A stretch of DNA of 64,000 nt, taken from positions 224,001 through 288,000 of IMG/VR virus record IMGVR_UViG_3300022719_000071, one strand, 5' to 3'. Source of the DNA: a virus (taxonomy: Duplodnaviria > Caudoviricetes). Positions 1 through 9,635 of this stretch are shown here, piece after piece. The position numbers were made by a program, and so were the translations under genes. The notes below the pieces were generated by a model. The model had not been told where the DNA came from, did not search any database, and worked only from the letters and a program-made list of their open reading frames with translations. Every line of letters starts with the position of its first letter. Positions within the stretch are counted from its first letter, which is position 1.

Positions 1-8
1 CCAATCAA

Positions 9-479
9 ATGCAAAATATGCACCAACTAGCTTGGCTGCGAAAGCTAAAGGAAAGCCCCGAATACGCCCAGAATGGACATCTGGTTTTCGTGTATGGCAC
101 CCTGAAGCGTGGGTTCTACAACTCTCCTATTCTGGAAGAATCAGAACTCCTGACGGTAACCAGAACCAAAGACAGCAAGTACGAAATGGTGTCAATAATG
201 AACCTCTTTCCTGCTGTCATTCCTGGTGAGTTTCGTATCTCTGGTGAAGTCTACAGGATCTCGGGCATGGCTCTGTGGCAGTTGGACATGATCGAGGACC
301 ATGGCGATTTATATGAACGCAGAAAAGTCAATGTCGAAGGGTTGAAAGAGCCGGTATGGATGTATTTCCTCCTCGATATGAACATCTGCCCCCCGTCCCA
401 CATGTCCCCGCTAGTATTCACCAATTCGGAAGAATGGACCCAGACATGGATCTCGCTCGATGAGGAATATCTTTCTTGA
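9..479 (+). CDS. Gamma-glutamylcyclotransferase (AIG2-like) family protein
   Basis: VFVYGTLKRG motif, GEVY, LDMIE..YER pattern typical of the GGCT fold. Confidence 0.8.
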   Translation: MQNMHQLAWLRKLKESPEYAQNGHLVFVYGTLKRGFYNSPILEESELLTVTRTKDSKYEMVSIMNLFPAVIPGEFRISGEVYRISGMALWQLDMIEDHGDLYERRKVNVEGLKEPVWMYFLLDMNICPPSHMSPLVFTNSEEWTQTWISLDEEYLS

Positions 480-642
480 TGAATTTGACATGTAAATGAA
501 TGTCAAGCCGTATTGGGCACGAGGAAAAGCCTTCTGCGGTGTTTGAGGCACACCTTTCTAAGTAGGAGTCCGATAAGCCACTATTCCTCACTTGTTGGTG
601 TAAATATAATTGCCAACCAACCTTGAAACGAGGAAACTTACA

Positions 643-1386
643 ATGGCTTACGATTACGATACAGATATTCTTACTGGTCTATGGACTGGTGCTGAAGATG
701 GTGCAGAACCATACGCATCTTTCCTAGCAGCAAACCCAACATTAACAGACGACGTGGCAGAGAATAGAATTCTTTCGACCATTGAAGCAGTTCGCTCCCA
801 CATGGAGTTGCTGGCAGACCGTGACGAGGCTCGCCTTTTCCACTTCTGCCTGAGCACCATGCTTGAGGGTTTTGGCTCCGGTGGTTTTGTCTATGGAAGC
901 ACTTCCCGCAACGAGCAGGTAATTGTAGAAGGAAACAAGCCTAACGCAGTCTTTACAGCAACCGATGATATCGAGTTTGCTGAGCTTGACGGTGTAAGCG
1001 GTGGTGCTTCTATCTCTATAGTTGCTGCTGGTGGTACCACAGTCGATGACGTAGTTACTGCTATCAACGGTGACGGTGCTCTAACTGCTGCTGGAATCTT
1101 CGCAGAGGTCACTCCAGACCGTCGTCTGCGCATCTACCAGGAGCCTGTTGCTCCTGCGACCGCTGCTGCTGGCTTTGTTATCACGCAGGCCGCCGGCGGT
1201 GCTAACGACCTTATCATTGCCAACGCTGGTATTTCCATTCAGGCTCCGGGCAATCCAAACGGATTGACTAAAGGTGGTCTGAACGGTGGTGTCTTCTTGG
1301 CTAAGGTAACCCAGGTTGCCAACAGGGCACGTGACCGTGCTCTACAGGTATTCGCAGGACAGATCAGAGAAAGCGATCTAACATAA
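643..1386 (+). CDS. Probable late/virion structural protein
   Basis: Ala/Gly/Thr-rich ORF; TAAATA at about 601 and GAGGA RBS before ATG 643. Confidence 0.5.
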   Translation: MAYDYDTDILTGLWTGAEDGAEPYASFLAANPTLTDDVAENRILSTIEAVRSHMELLADRDEARLFHFCLSTMLEGFGSGGFVYGSTSRNEQVIVEGNKPNAVFTATDDIEFAELDGVSGGASISIVAAGGTTVDDVVTAINGDGALTAAGIFAEVTPDRRLRIYQEPVAPATAAAGFVITQAAGGANDLIIANAGISIQAPGNPNGLTKGGLNGGVFLAKVTQVANRARDRALQVFAGQIRESDLT

Positions 1387-1638
1387 TTCATTGGCGAATG
1401 AAACGACAATGGGGTATGACAACGACGTTGACGTTCTGATCGCTTTGTGGACTTGGTTGTAACAGCCATGACCAGCGTTGAACTTACTGATGCTGTAATT
1501 ATTCTTGGGTAAAGATCCAGCATACCAAAGAAAGTTGCCAACCAAGGACGTGACCTAGCAATTAACCACGTCACCAAACCCCGAACTGGTTCTCTAAACT
1601 CGCTTGAAAATGAGGTTCCATCCTGGTAAAATATCAGG

Positions 1639-2106
1639 ATGGATACCTCTGTCTACAACTTTCGTTCTACCGGTCGAATCGTTTACGACCCAAAGCGTGG
1701 TGGCATGAAACGCCGCACAAAGTGGTGGTGCGTTTTGAACGTGGATCGTGAAATCACCCGCTACTATCGTTGGTGGGTTTCCCGTCGTTTTTGGGGCATG
1801 ACTGCCATGAAGGACGACTGGCTGTGTCAGCCTTCTTGGGATGCCCATGTATCCATCATTCGTGGTGAAACTCCACGTCGTGAGTTCCGCTCTTTGTGGG
1901 GTAAGTATCAGGGAGAAGAGGTTGAGTTCTGGTATTCTCACAATGCTTGTCTTGCCGGTGACCGTGGCACTCGGTACGCTGAAGATGGAGACTTCTGGTT
2001 CGTGGATGTCTACTGTCCAAGGATTGATGAAATTCGTGACGAACTTGGCCTCAAGACTTTCTACAAGTACCACCTGACCGTGGGACGGACATACGATGGG
2101 AGATGA
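1639..2106 (+). CDS. 2H phosphoesterase superfamily protein
   Basis: Two HxS/T motifs, AHVSII and YHLTVG, at typical spacing. Confidence 0.65.
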   Translation: MDTSVYNFRSTGRIVYDPKRGGMKRRTKWWCVLNVDREITRYYRWWVSRRFWGMTAMKDDWLCQPSWDAHVSIIRGETPRREFRSLWGKYQGEEVEFWYSHNACLAGDRGTRYAEDGDFWFVDVYCPRIDEIRDELGLKTFYKYHLTVGRTYDGR

Positions 2107-2393
2107 CCATGGACGACGAGATGAAGAAATTCTTCGAGAGATGTAAAAGCGAGGCACCGATAGATCACAACTTCGAGTATGATACCGAGTCCAATGCGGA
2201 CGGGGAATATGCTCTGGTTCGTGAGATCAGTGAGGATGATGATAATATGTACGTCCAAATCCTGGTTAGTGGAGACCTCGACGGAGTGTCCTGGATGTAT
2301 GATCGAGCTTGCGAGTTCTTCCCAGAATTCAAAGGCGGAATCATGAAGACGGACGACTACTACCGTTTTGGGGAGAAAGTTGATTTCCATTGA
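2103..2393 (+). CDS. Hypothetical protein
   Basis: ORF coupled to the upstream gene by ATGA overlap. Confidence 0.55.
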   Translation: MTMDDEMKKFFERCKSEAPIDHNFEYDTESNADGEYALVREISEDDDNMYVQILVSGDLDGVSWMYDRACEFFPEFKGGIMKTDDYYRFGEKVDFH

Positions 2394-2414
2394 TACTCGT
2401 CATACATTTTATAA

Positions 2415-3443
2415 ATGACGGATATCCTCGCTGAAATCAAGCTGGTAATCCCCGGCAACCGACGAGTATCGCCCTCGGGTTGGATTAACCTTTGTTGTCC
2501 AGCCTGTGGCGACCGTCGCTATCGTGGGGGTTTCAAATTCACTCCTACGGGTGGCTTCCGTTATTACTGCTTTAACGGTGGTTGCGACTTCAACCTACGT
2601 CCAACCGGTTGGGAGCCAGAGGAAGGTTTTGGTGGTCGCCCTCGTAAGCTCTTTGAAATGTTGGGTGGCGACGTTCGTAAGATCCCGCTGAAGGAAATAA
2701 TGAAGTGGAACAACAAGAGGTACACTTCAAGCGGAGAGGTTGAATTCGTAGAAAAGGAAGCTGAGGTATCTTGGCAATTTCCATCAGCCAGATTGCCAAA
2801 AGGCAGTGTGCCACTTCTTGATGTGGCTCATATAGACCCTGCTGCAAACAAGGTTATGCAGTATGCAGCCAAGGAAAGAAGGTTGGGCTATTTGGTAAAG
2901 GAGCTGCCATTGATGTGGTCTCCTGAGCAACCATATTACATGCTGATCCCGTACATCCACTACAATGACAAGATCGTTGGTTACCTTGGCCGACACATCT
3001 TCAGGAAAAGCGGACCCAAACGTTTCATTCAGAAAGCCCCCAAAGATTACGTATTCAATCAGCATCTCATATCCAGTTATGACGCTCGATATCTGTTTGT
3101 GGTAGAGTCCCCACTGGATGCGTTGATACTGGGCTGTGTAGCAGTTCGTAATGACCGCATGACTGAGAAACAGGTAAACCTCTTGAAAGTCAGCGGAAAA
3201 GAGATAGTTTTAATACCAGACCGCAAAGAAGGAGAATGGGACGGTTTCTTTCAAATTGCTAAGGAAAACAACTGGTTCGTTTCTGTTCCTCGGTGGCCCG
3301 GACACGAAAGATGGGAGCGTGCCTCGGATATAGCTGAGTGTGCACGAAAGAATGGTCGTCTTTACACTATAGAGACGATCATGGATGCTGCCACACGCAA
3401 CCTTAACAAAGCCCGTGAAATGATAACCCTGCAACAAACATGA
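2415..3443 (+). CDS. DNA primase (T4 gp61-like)
   Basis: N-terminal Zn ribbon CPACGD...CFNGGC; TOPRIM-like VVESPLDA and LIPD; adjacent to helicase. Confidence 0.85.
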   Translation: MTDILAEIKLVIPGNRRVSPSGWINLCCPACGDRRYRGGFKFTPTGGFRYYCFNGGCDFNLRPTGWEPEEGFGGRPRKLFEMLGGDVRKIPLKEIMKWNNKRYTSSGEVEFVEKEAEVSWQFPSARLPKGSVPLLDVAHIDPAANKVMQYAAKERRLGYLVKELPLMWSPEQPYYMLIPYIHYNDKIVGYLGRHIFRKSGPKRFIQKAPKDYVFNQHLISSYDARYLFVVESPLDALILGCVAVRNDRMTEKQVNLLKVSGKEIVLIPDRKEGEWDGFFQIAKENNWFVSVPRWPGHERWERASDIAECARKNGRLYTIETIMDAATRNLNKAREMITLQQT

Positions 3444-4978
3444 GTGATGAAGACGAGTACATGTACGGGGAAGTCGATGGTCCTGACGAGGACGAACTTC
3501 AATCCGTAGATGATATGATCGATGAGGCCGAGTCGGACATTGAGCCGTCTGACTACACGCAGCATATGCTGTTGTCTTATCTCGTTTCCAACCCGTCGCT
3601 ATGGATTAAGTGCAGGCCCATCATCAAGGAAAGCTATTTCGACCGAGAGTACAGGCCAGTTATTGATTTGCTTCGCAAACATGTCGATCAGTACAATGAC
3701 CTACCCAATCCGATAATAATTCATGCCAAGACTGGTGTGAAGCTGAATTATATGGATGATGCGCAGAAGGACTCACGGGTGTCCTGGTTTTGCGATGCCA
3801 TGGAAGAATTCTGTCGCATCCAAGCGTTCCACTCGTTTCTCATTAATGCAGCAGAAAAAACCGAGAGTGATCGTAGCGGAGACACCTTAGCCTCTCTACT
3901 CAAGGATGCAGAGCAGGTAGTACAAATCTCCCTACACCGTGATCTTGGCCTGGAGATTCACGACTCCACCAGGGATGTTCTTACATCGGCGCAGAAGGAT
4001 GACAACATTACTACCGGGTACACAATGCTTGACCGAGCATTCAGCGGTGGTATCACACGACCTAGTTTCAACTTGGTGTCTGCTGCTTCTGGTGACGGAA
4101 AGTCAATCTTCATGCAAAATCTTGCAGTCAACGCTGCTGAAAATGGAGAGAATGTCATTTTTTACAGCCTGGAATTAGAGCCTGCCATTATTCTTAAACG
4201 CTTTGTTGCCATGATGACAGACACCAACATTAACTTGGTGTATGAGCATCTAGACTCAGTAGCATACACAATGTATAGCCGCAAAAAGAAGGATGGCGAA
4301 ATCTGGGTGAAGAAGTTCCCAATGACAAACACAACCGTTGCGGACATCGCATCACATTACCTTGAGCTAACCATGCAAACCGGCATGTATTTTGGCTTCG
4401 TTTGCGTTGACTACATAGACGTGATGTACCCCATTACTAGTAAGGTTGATATTGGTAATATCCATCAGAAGGACAAGGCTGTTGCGGAGGAGTTGAATGA
4501 CTGGACGCACAAACAGAAGATCATCTGTTGGAGTGCATCACAGCAAACCAAAGGGGCACAGGATGAAAAGGATGCACGACAGTCAGGTGTTGCGGGTGGT
4601 ACTCCCAAAATCAATACTTGCGACAATCTCATTATCGGAAAGCGATCTGAAAAAGACAAGGAAGACGAACGTTGGTGGGGACATATTGCAAAGGCTCGTA
4701 GTTCCGGTGGAACAAAGGCTAAAGTTCCCTTCCGTTGGAACAAAGATACTCAGCGTATGTTTGACGGTGATCCCGAACTCTTTGAAGAAGCAAACCCCTT
4801 CCTGTTCGGAAAGAAACGTTCCCATCTATCCGAAGACGATGAGAGTGAGCGCATAAGCAATGATCCTTTGCTCAAGGGATCAAAGTTGCTAAAGAAAGAA
4901 GCCAAACCAGTAGGTAAAGAAGGAACAGGTAAAGCCACATTAGATAGGTTGGCAAAACAGTTCGGGAGCACCACATGA
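3440..4978 (+). CDS. Replicative DnaB-like helicase (T4 gp41-like)
   Basis: Walker A AASGDGKS, SLEL, VCVDYID, SASQ and AKARS motifs. Confidence 0.92.
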   Translation: MSDEDEYMYGEVDGPDEDELQSVDDMIDEAESDIEPSDYTQHMLLSYLVSNPSLWIKCRPIIKESYFDREYRPVIDLLRKHVDQYNDLPNPIIIHAKTGVKLNYMDDAQKDSRVSWFCDAMEEFCRIQAFHSFLINAAEKTESDRSGDTLASLLKDAEQVVQISLHRDLGLEIHDSTRDVLTSAQKDDNITTGYTMLDRAFSGGITRPSFNLVSAASGDGKSIFMQNLAVNAAENGENVIFYSLELEPAIILKRFVAMMTDTNINLVYEHLDSVAYTMYSRKKKDGEIWVKKFPMTNTTVADIASHYLELTMQTGMYFGFVCVDYIDVMYPITSKVDIGNIHQKDKAVAEELNDWTHKQKIICWSASQQTKGAQDEKDARQSGVAGGTPKINTCDNLIIGKRSEKDKEDERWWGHIAKARSSGGTKAKVPFRWNKDTQRMFDGDPELFEEANPFLFGKKRSHLSEDDESERISNDPLLKGSKLLKKEAKPVGKEGTGKATLDRLAKQFGSTT

Positions 4979-5472
4979 CAAAACAAAAATCCATCCCTGG
5001 ATTACACGAGTCAGGTATGTTCTTTGAGTATTACGTATTCGAGCCACGTTCCAATTTCAAGGAAGAAGACCTACATCACGTCCTTCGGTATTTTGATATC
5101 AAGTTTGAGGATGAATCTCTCATTCCCGTAAACGTTCGTCAACACTTCGAGGGACTAGTATTCAAACCAACTGACAAGTTGACTGCCAATGAATTCGCAG
5201 ACATTCTCAAGGCGATGAAAATCAAGCTTGGTTCCGAGAAGTTGCTGACTCGTTTACCGAAGACTGTGCAGGAACATTTTAACGAGGAACTGGTATTCGA
5301 TCCTTATGATGACTTTTCGTTGTCTGATTTGAATGAGTTCCTTCTGAAATTCATTCACTTTAGAATTACGACCAAACAATTCAATGCTTTACCCCGTAAT
5401 GTCAAGAGGGAATTCATCGTGTTTACTCGTGATGGAAAGACTTGGCGCTATGGTGACAGACGCCCGACTTAA
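4975..5472 (+). CDS. Hypothetical protein with internal repeats
   Basis: ORF coupled to helicase; repeated LP..V..(H/E)F motif. Confidence 0.6.
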   Translation: MTKQKSIPGLHESGMFFEYYVFEPRSNFKEEDLHHVLRYFDIKFEDESLIPVNVRQHFEGLVFKPTDKLTANEFADILKAMKIKLGSEKLLTRLPKTVQEHFNEELVFDPYDDFSLSDLNEFLLKFIHFRITTKQFNALPRNVKREFIVFTRDGKTWRYGDRRPT

Positions 5473-5481
5473 ATACCTGTT

Positions 5482-5721
5482 ATGTCAAAGAGCGTATTCG
5501 AAGAACTCAACTCCATGTTCTCGACCCAGAACGTTTCTGTCCGGGGAGAGAATGCGTGGGCCGTTGCTGTCAAATTCCTAAGCCTTCTGCAAGAGCAAGT
5601 TCCAGACGAAGATGAGCAAAAGAAGCTCATGTTCACCTGGATGCGTGCTGTAAAAGACAATGATTTTAAGAAATTCGAGCGAGCCTTGCGTCGATACCAA
5701 CGTAAACTGGATAAGGGGTAA
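5482..5721 (+). CDS. Hypothetical late protein
   Basis: ORF directly after a TAAATA box. Confidence 0.6.
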   Translation: MSKSVFEELNSMFSTQNVSVRGENAWAVAVKFLSLLQEQVPDEDEQKKLMFTWMRAVKDNDFKKFERALRRYQRKLDKG

Positions 5722-5802
5722 ATAGGTAGGTGAGGTAATCTCACACCAGCACTATCTGTATCCCGCATCGCATTATACTACTGGAACGACTAATCCATAA
5801 TC

Positions 5803-6222
5803 ATGAAATTATCTGATCTGAGAAGACCAATAAAAGAGATGTCTAGCGGTGGAGCCGTTGGTGGTGGTGCTATTGCATCTACCAACGGTGGTCTTGGAAA
5901 TTGGGCATCCACGGTAAAGAAGAGTAAGAAGAAGCGAACGACAAAGTATGGGCATACCATCCTACAACGTGAAGACCGTCAGTCTGCGGATGGTCTATTC
6001 AAGCAAGGATATGAATCTGGTCGGTATGATGGATTGAAGGCAGGGAAGAAAGATCGAGATCACGGCTTGCATAAACCTGAATATTTCGATAAAGCGAAGC
6101 ATACTGGACCACACGATCCGTCTAAGCGTGGCCGTGTTACTATAGCTAACGCCTATGATAAGGGATATCAAGCTGGATATCAGGATGCTTACTATAATGC
6201 CTTAACCGGTGGAGTTGAGTAA
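5803..6222 (+). CDS. Putative internal head protein
   Basis: MKLSDLRRPIKE|M N-terminus with (I/L)-x-E site followed by a Gly-rich linker. Confidence 0.5.
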   Translation: MKLSDLRRPIKEMSSGGAVGGGAIASTNGGLGNWASTVKKSKKKRTTKYGHTILQREDRQSADGLFKQGYESGRYDGLKAGKKDRDHGLHKPEYFDKAKHTGPHDPSKRGRVTIANAYDKGYQAGYQDAYYNALTGGVE

Positions 6223-7410
6223 GTCCTGAGTGATATGTTTCCAGGATTGACCTCTTTTGATCTTGGTAACAAGCGTAGTGCTAATACCATACTCTTTGGC
6301 AATCACCGCTCTATTCCTACTATCCCAAAAGATAGCTACCACATCGGTCTCAGTTAATTTGCTTCTCCCGTTCTTCGATCCACGAACACTATCCCGTTGT
6401 TTCATATTCCACAAATGACCATGACTGCCGATACCACCAATGGTCATGTTATATCCACTTGGATATAATGAGTTTTGTCGCATGATTAGAGTTTGCATCA
6501 ATCTATATGCTTCTTCTTGAGTTTCAAACTCTGATATGATTTGACGAATGAATATATGTCTGCCATGGTTCTTTATCTCTTCCCTGATAAGTCGAGAACC
6601 ATGACCGGAAAGAATTTGAGACATTCGTTTCTTAGGTTCTTTGGAGATTCCAATAAGAACTTTATTGTTGACCGTGTTCAGTAACCGATAAACAAAAAAT
6701 CCATTGCTGCTTTTGGATTCAATGAGTCCTTTACTCGGTTTGATCAAACCTTTTGTTGCCTTCTTCCAACTTTTTCTCCTTTTGATGTTGGACACTGCTG
6801 ATTGATCAATGTCATAATCTTTTGCTATGATACTTTGATTTCTTGAATCTAAAAAAATAGCCTTAGCATCCTCTTCAGTGATTTTTCTTTTATCGCTCTC
6901 ATACACGGGGGCTTCACTTCGATTCAGGTGGGGCCATGTTATACCCTGTCTAACCTGATAAACAGTAGAGCGATGAACGTTGTATTTCTTGGTAGCTTTA
7001 ATCTCTGAACATGGATCATGGATGATAGCTAATGCTGTTTCTTCGCTAAGAACAGAGTTGTGGTGTTTTTCACCGAACTTGGGTCCAGTGATATAATAAC
7101 CTCCGGGAGTTTGATTGTATCCAGATACAAACGAACCATTTTCAGCAATGTGTTCACGTTCCTTTGCCAATGCTTCATCAATCGACAACCCAGATTCTAA
7201 CTCTTTATACTCAAAGGCATCTATACCATGCTTCTTTATAGCTTGATAAATCCACGACCTTGGATTGTATCCTTGCATATGATGTCGTTTTCTAGCCAAT
7301 GCATCTGATGTTAGACCAATATAGCACTTCCCATTAAGCTTATTCTTCCATTTGTAAATCACATAAGTCTTCACAGTTTTACCTATTAGTGCAGGAAAAT
7401 CACCGATCAT
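6202..7410 (-). mobile_element. Free-standing GIY-YIG homing endonuclease with two GIY-YIG domains and three HTH repeats
   Basis: VIYKWKNKLNGKCYIG and FVYRLLNTVNNKVLIG; two GYN.T.GG motifs; repeated IAKEYGIS...IKRGQSW units; AT-rich and antisense to neighbours. Confidence 0.85.
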
Positions 7411-7449
7411 AGTAAATACTTATGTCAAACAATAACCCGACTTAGAAGA

Positions 7450-8121
7450 TTGAAATATGACTCTACTAAGTCATTGATTTTTGAGGAAAATACTGTGAGC
7501 ATTGCAAGATATGACGTTAACAACGCCAACGTGAATCGTGAAGTACGGTTTCACGTCGAGGCAGATGGCGGTCCTATCGCCAACACGTTCCTGGCTCTAA
7601 AGGGTCCAGCTAACGTATACCCATTCTATAATCAGGTCACTGGTACCCCAACTGTGGAGCAGGAGCTAGGTCAGCTACGTCTGAATTTAGTTCAGCGTGC
7701 TATGGCTTTGTACACCATCACCGTGGCTCTACAGGTTGCTGAAGATGGTTCTTCCATGGATCTCATCTTCGAGGTTGATGAATTTGGTGCGTACTTCAAC
7801 CAGCGTGCATTCACCGTTGCCGGTGACTCCTGGCCTCTAGACCCAACTGATGACAAGCATCACGTTGAGGACATTACCGACTTCCTCGGAACCGGTGGTA
7901 TGACTATGGTTAAGACCAAGCCCGGACTACAGAGCCTAGTGGACTCTCTGGCCACTGTCTCTTTTGACAGCGGAACCACTGGTCCATTCGGTACTCTATC
8001 TACTGGTGGTACCGTTACCCTACCAGATGGTCGTGTTGTAACGGTCGGTCCCGCAGCCCCTGCCCTACCAGCAACGACCAACCCCGCTGGTCTGACGGTG
8101 ACCTGGGTAGACGTAGGCTAA
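7450..8121 (+). CDS. Probable virion structural protein
   Basis: TAAATA at about 7413; Thr/Gly/Pro-rich; followed by a terminator-like hairpin at about 8147-8175. Confidence 0.5.
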   Translation: MKYDSTKSLIFEENTVSIARYDVNNANVNREVRFHVEADGGPIANTFLALKGPANVYPFYNQVTGTPTVEQELGQLRLNLVQRAMALYTITVALQVAEDGSSMDLIFEVDEFGAYFNQRAFTVAGDSWPLDPTDDKHHVEDITDFLGTGGMTMVKTKPGLQSLVDSLATVSFDSGTTGPFGTLSTGGTVTLPDGRVVTVGPAAPALPATTNPAGLTVTWVDVG

Positions 8122-8218
8122 GCTCTGACGTTTATCGTCCCATTGAGAAGGGGAGGCTTTGGCCTCCCCTTTTCTTTTCATGACATGTAAATATATTGGT
8201 ATTACAGGATATTCATAC

Positions 8219-8806
8219 ATGGCACTTGACTTTGAAACCCTAAGAGACGCTTGGAATAAGCTTCGCAAAGACCGTGAGCAAGACTTGAAGAAAGTTGTGC
8301 CCGACCTTAGCGATCCCCAAGAAATCTTCTTAAAGAGAATATCGGAGGATGATTCACGCATTGTCGTGCAGTTTGCAGGACTAAGGCGTTCTGTTCAAAA
8401 TCAGTATTCCATCCCACAGATCAAACGTTTGATCATGACATGGCTACGAAACTTCAGTCTCGATGCACAGCAGGCTCGAAGTGATACCGATAGCCTCATC
8501 GCAAGTATATCTAAAGAACTGAAGTTTGGGGAGGCTGCAATCAGTGTCTTCAAGCGAAATCCCAAGACCAACAAGAAGCAAACAGCTTACCGTTGCATCG
8601 GTGGCAAGAAAGATGGTCGTCGTGTCTCCAATCCGAATGCTTGTATCGGTGTCCCAGACCCTGGTAAAAAAATTAAGCTTGCTATAACCAAGCGTAGTAA
8701 ATATGGACAAGCAGCTAAATCGAAGAAGAAGACACAGTTAACCAACATCACGGCTAAGCGGATCCGCAAGGCCAACAGTCGCTTAAAGAAAGCAAGAGGA
8801 TTCTAA
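8219..8806 (+). CDS. Hypothetical late protein with basic C-terminus
   Basis: TAAATA upstream; Lys/Arg-rich tail; ATG 8219 preferred. Confidence 0.6.
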   Translation: MALDFETLRDAWNKLRKDREQDLKKVVPDLSDPQEIFLKRISEDDSRIVVQFAGLRRSVQNQYSIPQIKRLIMTWLRNFSLDAQQARSDTDSLIASISKELKFGEAAISVFKRNPKTNKKQTAYRCIGGKKDGRRVSNPNACIGVPDPGKKIKLAITKRSKYGQAAKSKKKTQLTNITAKRIRKANSRLKKARGF

Positions 8807-8808
8807 AG

Positions 8809-9594
8809 ATGGCAGGGTATGAAAACACAGGAAAGAGCGCTGACGAGGCATATCAGGTAGAACAGAAGGCTGGTGGAGATTTCGCTATTGATCCAGCACA
8901 GCTAAGGGCTAGGGCTATGTCCCGTACAGCATCATTGGATGGTGCTGCTGCTGATAGCTATGCAATGGAGCAAGCTGATAACGAGGATGCTCGTAAGGCG
9001 TATCGTGCTATCGCAGAGACTGGTGGACTGTCTATGGCTGATTTGATGGAAGGCTTGAGCCCTAATGACTTTCGTGATGGCGAACAGCCTATGAGTCGTC
9101 AGGAAATGGCTAGGTTGGCTAGAATTCTAGACCAGGGTTTGAATGATGGTGCACAGCGTGTTGCTCGCAACATGGTACAAGATGCATTTACTGAGGACTT
9201 TCCTGATGAAGCATCTATGATGGCTGAGTCATATAGCGGTCATACTCAGGAGGGAAATGGAGACTGGATTACTGAGCAGCGTGCAGCAAAGCTACGTAGT
9301 GGCAAGGTTGTACCAGTATGGATCGTGGTAAATGAGACCACCGGAATGAAGATTGAAAAGCCATTCCGTGTGCAGGCTCCAGCAGAAAGAATTGCGACTG
9401 TTTTGAACATCACTGGTAATGTAAATGATCCCCGTATTCGCCAAATTCAAGAAGATTACGATGAACATGTTAATCTGATGAAGAACATCAGAAAGTGCCG
9501 ACAGTTCATTTCTGAGGGACAGACAGAATACAAGCGCCAACTCTCCACACTTCAGATGAAGTTGGAGGGGGTGAACGCTAAGCTGGGTATCTGA
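8809..9594 (+). CDS. Hypothetical late protein
   Basis: Long ORF in the late cluster, acidic N-terminal half. Confidence 0.6.
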   Translation: MAGYENTGKSADEAYQVEQKAGGDFAIDPAQLRARAMSRTASLDGAAADSYAMEQADNEDARKAYRAIAETGGLSMADLMEGLSPNDFRDGEQPMSRQEMARLARILDQGLNDGAQRVARNMVQDAFTEDFPDEASMMAESYSGHTQEGNGDWITEQRAAKLRSGKVVPVWIVVNETTGMKIEKPFRVQAPAERIATVLNITGNVNDPRIRQIQEDYDEHVNLMKNIRKCRQFISEGQTEYKRQLSTLQMKLEGVNAKLGI

Positions 9595-9635
9595 TAAATA
9601 ACAAATACAACACGTGATTAGGAGTTGACTGTCCC

